Origin: Vulcanimicrobiota bacterium
GTDB lineage: Bacteria; Vulcanimicrobiota; Vulcanimicrobiia; Vulcanimicrobiales; Vulcanimicrobiaceae
DNA length: 7,074 nucleotides
Direction of reading: 5' to 3'
Assembly: GCA_003133025.1 (NCBI GenBank)
Contig: PKZK01000010.1
Span: forward strand, 1 to 7,074
The translations under genes and the position numbers were made by a program. The stretch's first letter is position 1, and each line of letters begins with the position of its first letter. Positions 6,458 to 7,074 of this stretch are shown piece after piece. The notes beneath the pieces were generated by a model that did no database searches, was not told the origin of the DNA, and saw only the letters and a list, made by a program, of their open reading frames with translations.

Positions 6458-6718
6458 ATGCAGATTCATCGCGTCGTGCGCGACATGGTCACGAGCAAAC
6501 GCAATTTCTGGCTCGCCTCAAAATCGCTGCGCGTCGTCGAGGATTGCGTCGGCAACCTCGAGGTCGCGCTCGATCCGATCGGCGCCAAGCCGGGCGATTT
6601 CGTCGTGACCATCGGCGTGTCCGCGGCACGCATTGCGGCCGGCAATCCGAAGATCACGACGGATCTGACCATCGGCGGAATCATCGATCATTGGGATGAG
6701 GTGCGCTGGCGCTCGTGA
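6458..6718 (+). CDS. csoS4B: Carboxysome pentameric vertex protein CsoS4B
   Basis: 86 aa with SLRVVED..G..VALDPIG...G.FV.TI..SAAR...TDLTIGGIIDHW. It starts 2 nt after csoS4A. Confidence 0.95.
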   Translation: MQIHRVVRDMVTSKRNFWLASKSLRVVEDCVGNLEVALDPIGAKPGDFVVTIGVSAARIAAGNPKITTDLTIGGIIDHWDEVRWRS

Positions 6719-6775
6719 GCGCGGCGCGATACATCGATTTTCATGGCAAGCAATTCACAGCGAAGGAGAACGAAG

Positions 6776-6941
6776 ATGGCAAGCGAAAAAATGGGCATCG
6801 CGCTCGGCATGATCGAAACCCGCGGCCTGGTGCCGGCGATCGAAGCCGCTGACGCAATGACAAAGGCCTCNNCCGCATTCCGAGGTCGAACAGATTCTGC
6901 CGCTGCAGACGACCGAATCGGGCGCTGGCACGCGCAGCTGA
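6776..6941 (+). CDS. csoS1: Hexameric shell protein CsoS1 (BMC-H); N- and C-terminal parts flank an NN gap and may belong to different paralogues
   Basis: SD AAGGAG at 6763-6768. 6776-6870 reads MASEKMGIALGMIETRGLVPAIEAADAMTKAS. After the NN, 6873-6941 reads PHSEVEQILPLQTTESGAGTRS*, the CsoS1 C-terminal helix plus a tail. It is absent from the ORF track. Confidence 0.9.
6871..6872. other. Sequence gap (NN) in the csoS1 region
   Basis: AMTKAS is joined to PHSEVEQILP; at least about 50 aa of the BMC domain are missing. Confidence 0.9.
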
Positions 6942-6943
6942 TC

Positions 6944-7074
6944 GTGGGCAACCGGCTGACCCGCGAGGATGCGGTCGAGGCGGGGCGCGTCACGCCTGCG
7001 GTGATCGGCTGGTTGCAGCGTGCCCTGCGGCACGAATTCGCGGCCGCCCGCCAGTTCACGCTGCAGGCGGTGGT
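6944..7074 (+). CDS. Carboxysome-associated bacterioferritin-like (ferritin-fold) protein, 5' part only
   Basis: GTG 2 nt after the csoS1 stop, open to the window end: MGNRLTREDAVEAGRVTPAVIGWLQRALRHEFAAARQFTLQAV. It resembles Bfr helix A (VI..L...L..E..A..QY..HA), and bfr-like genes commonly follow csoS1 in proteobacterial cso loci. Confidence 0.7.
   Translation, partial: MGNRLTREDAVEAGRVTPAVIGWLQRALRHEFAAARQFTLQAV

Overview
This GC-rich bacterial window holds a nearly complete alpha-carboxysome (cso) locus. A LysR-type regulator (cbbR, - strand) is divergent from cbbL-cbbS (form IA RuBisCO)-csoS2-csoSCA-csoS4A-csoS4B-csoS1-bfr-like, which runs off the right edge. A convergent, uncharacterised multi-pass membrane protein gene lies at the left edge. 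Four 'NN' breaks (2790-2791, 5510-5511, 6060-6061, 6871-6872) each replace missing coding sequence in cbbL, csoSCA (twice) and csoS1, so the apparent frameshifts and deletions are probably sequence gaps rather than lesions. The system class is well known. The most unusual element is a gap-free, miniaturised CsoS2 scaffold of 483 aa with only 2 RuBisCO-binding N-repeats, about 3 M-repeats, 2 Cys and no canonical frameshift site, which predicts an unusually small carboxysome. CbbR also carries a 56-aa Pro-rich and then basic C-terminal tail, whose coding sequence overlaps a probable terminator of the neighbouring gene. Comparisons with reference proteins are from memory of the families, not from a database search.
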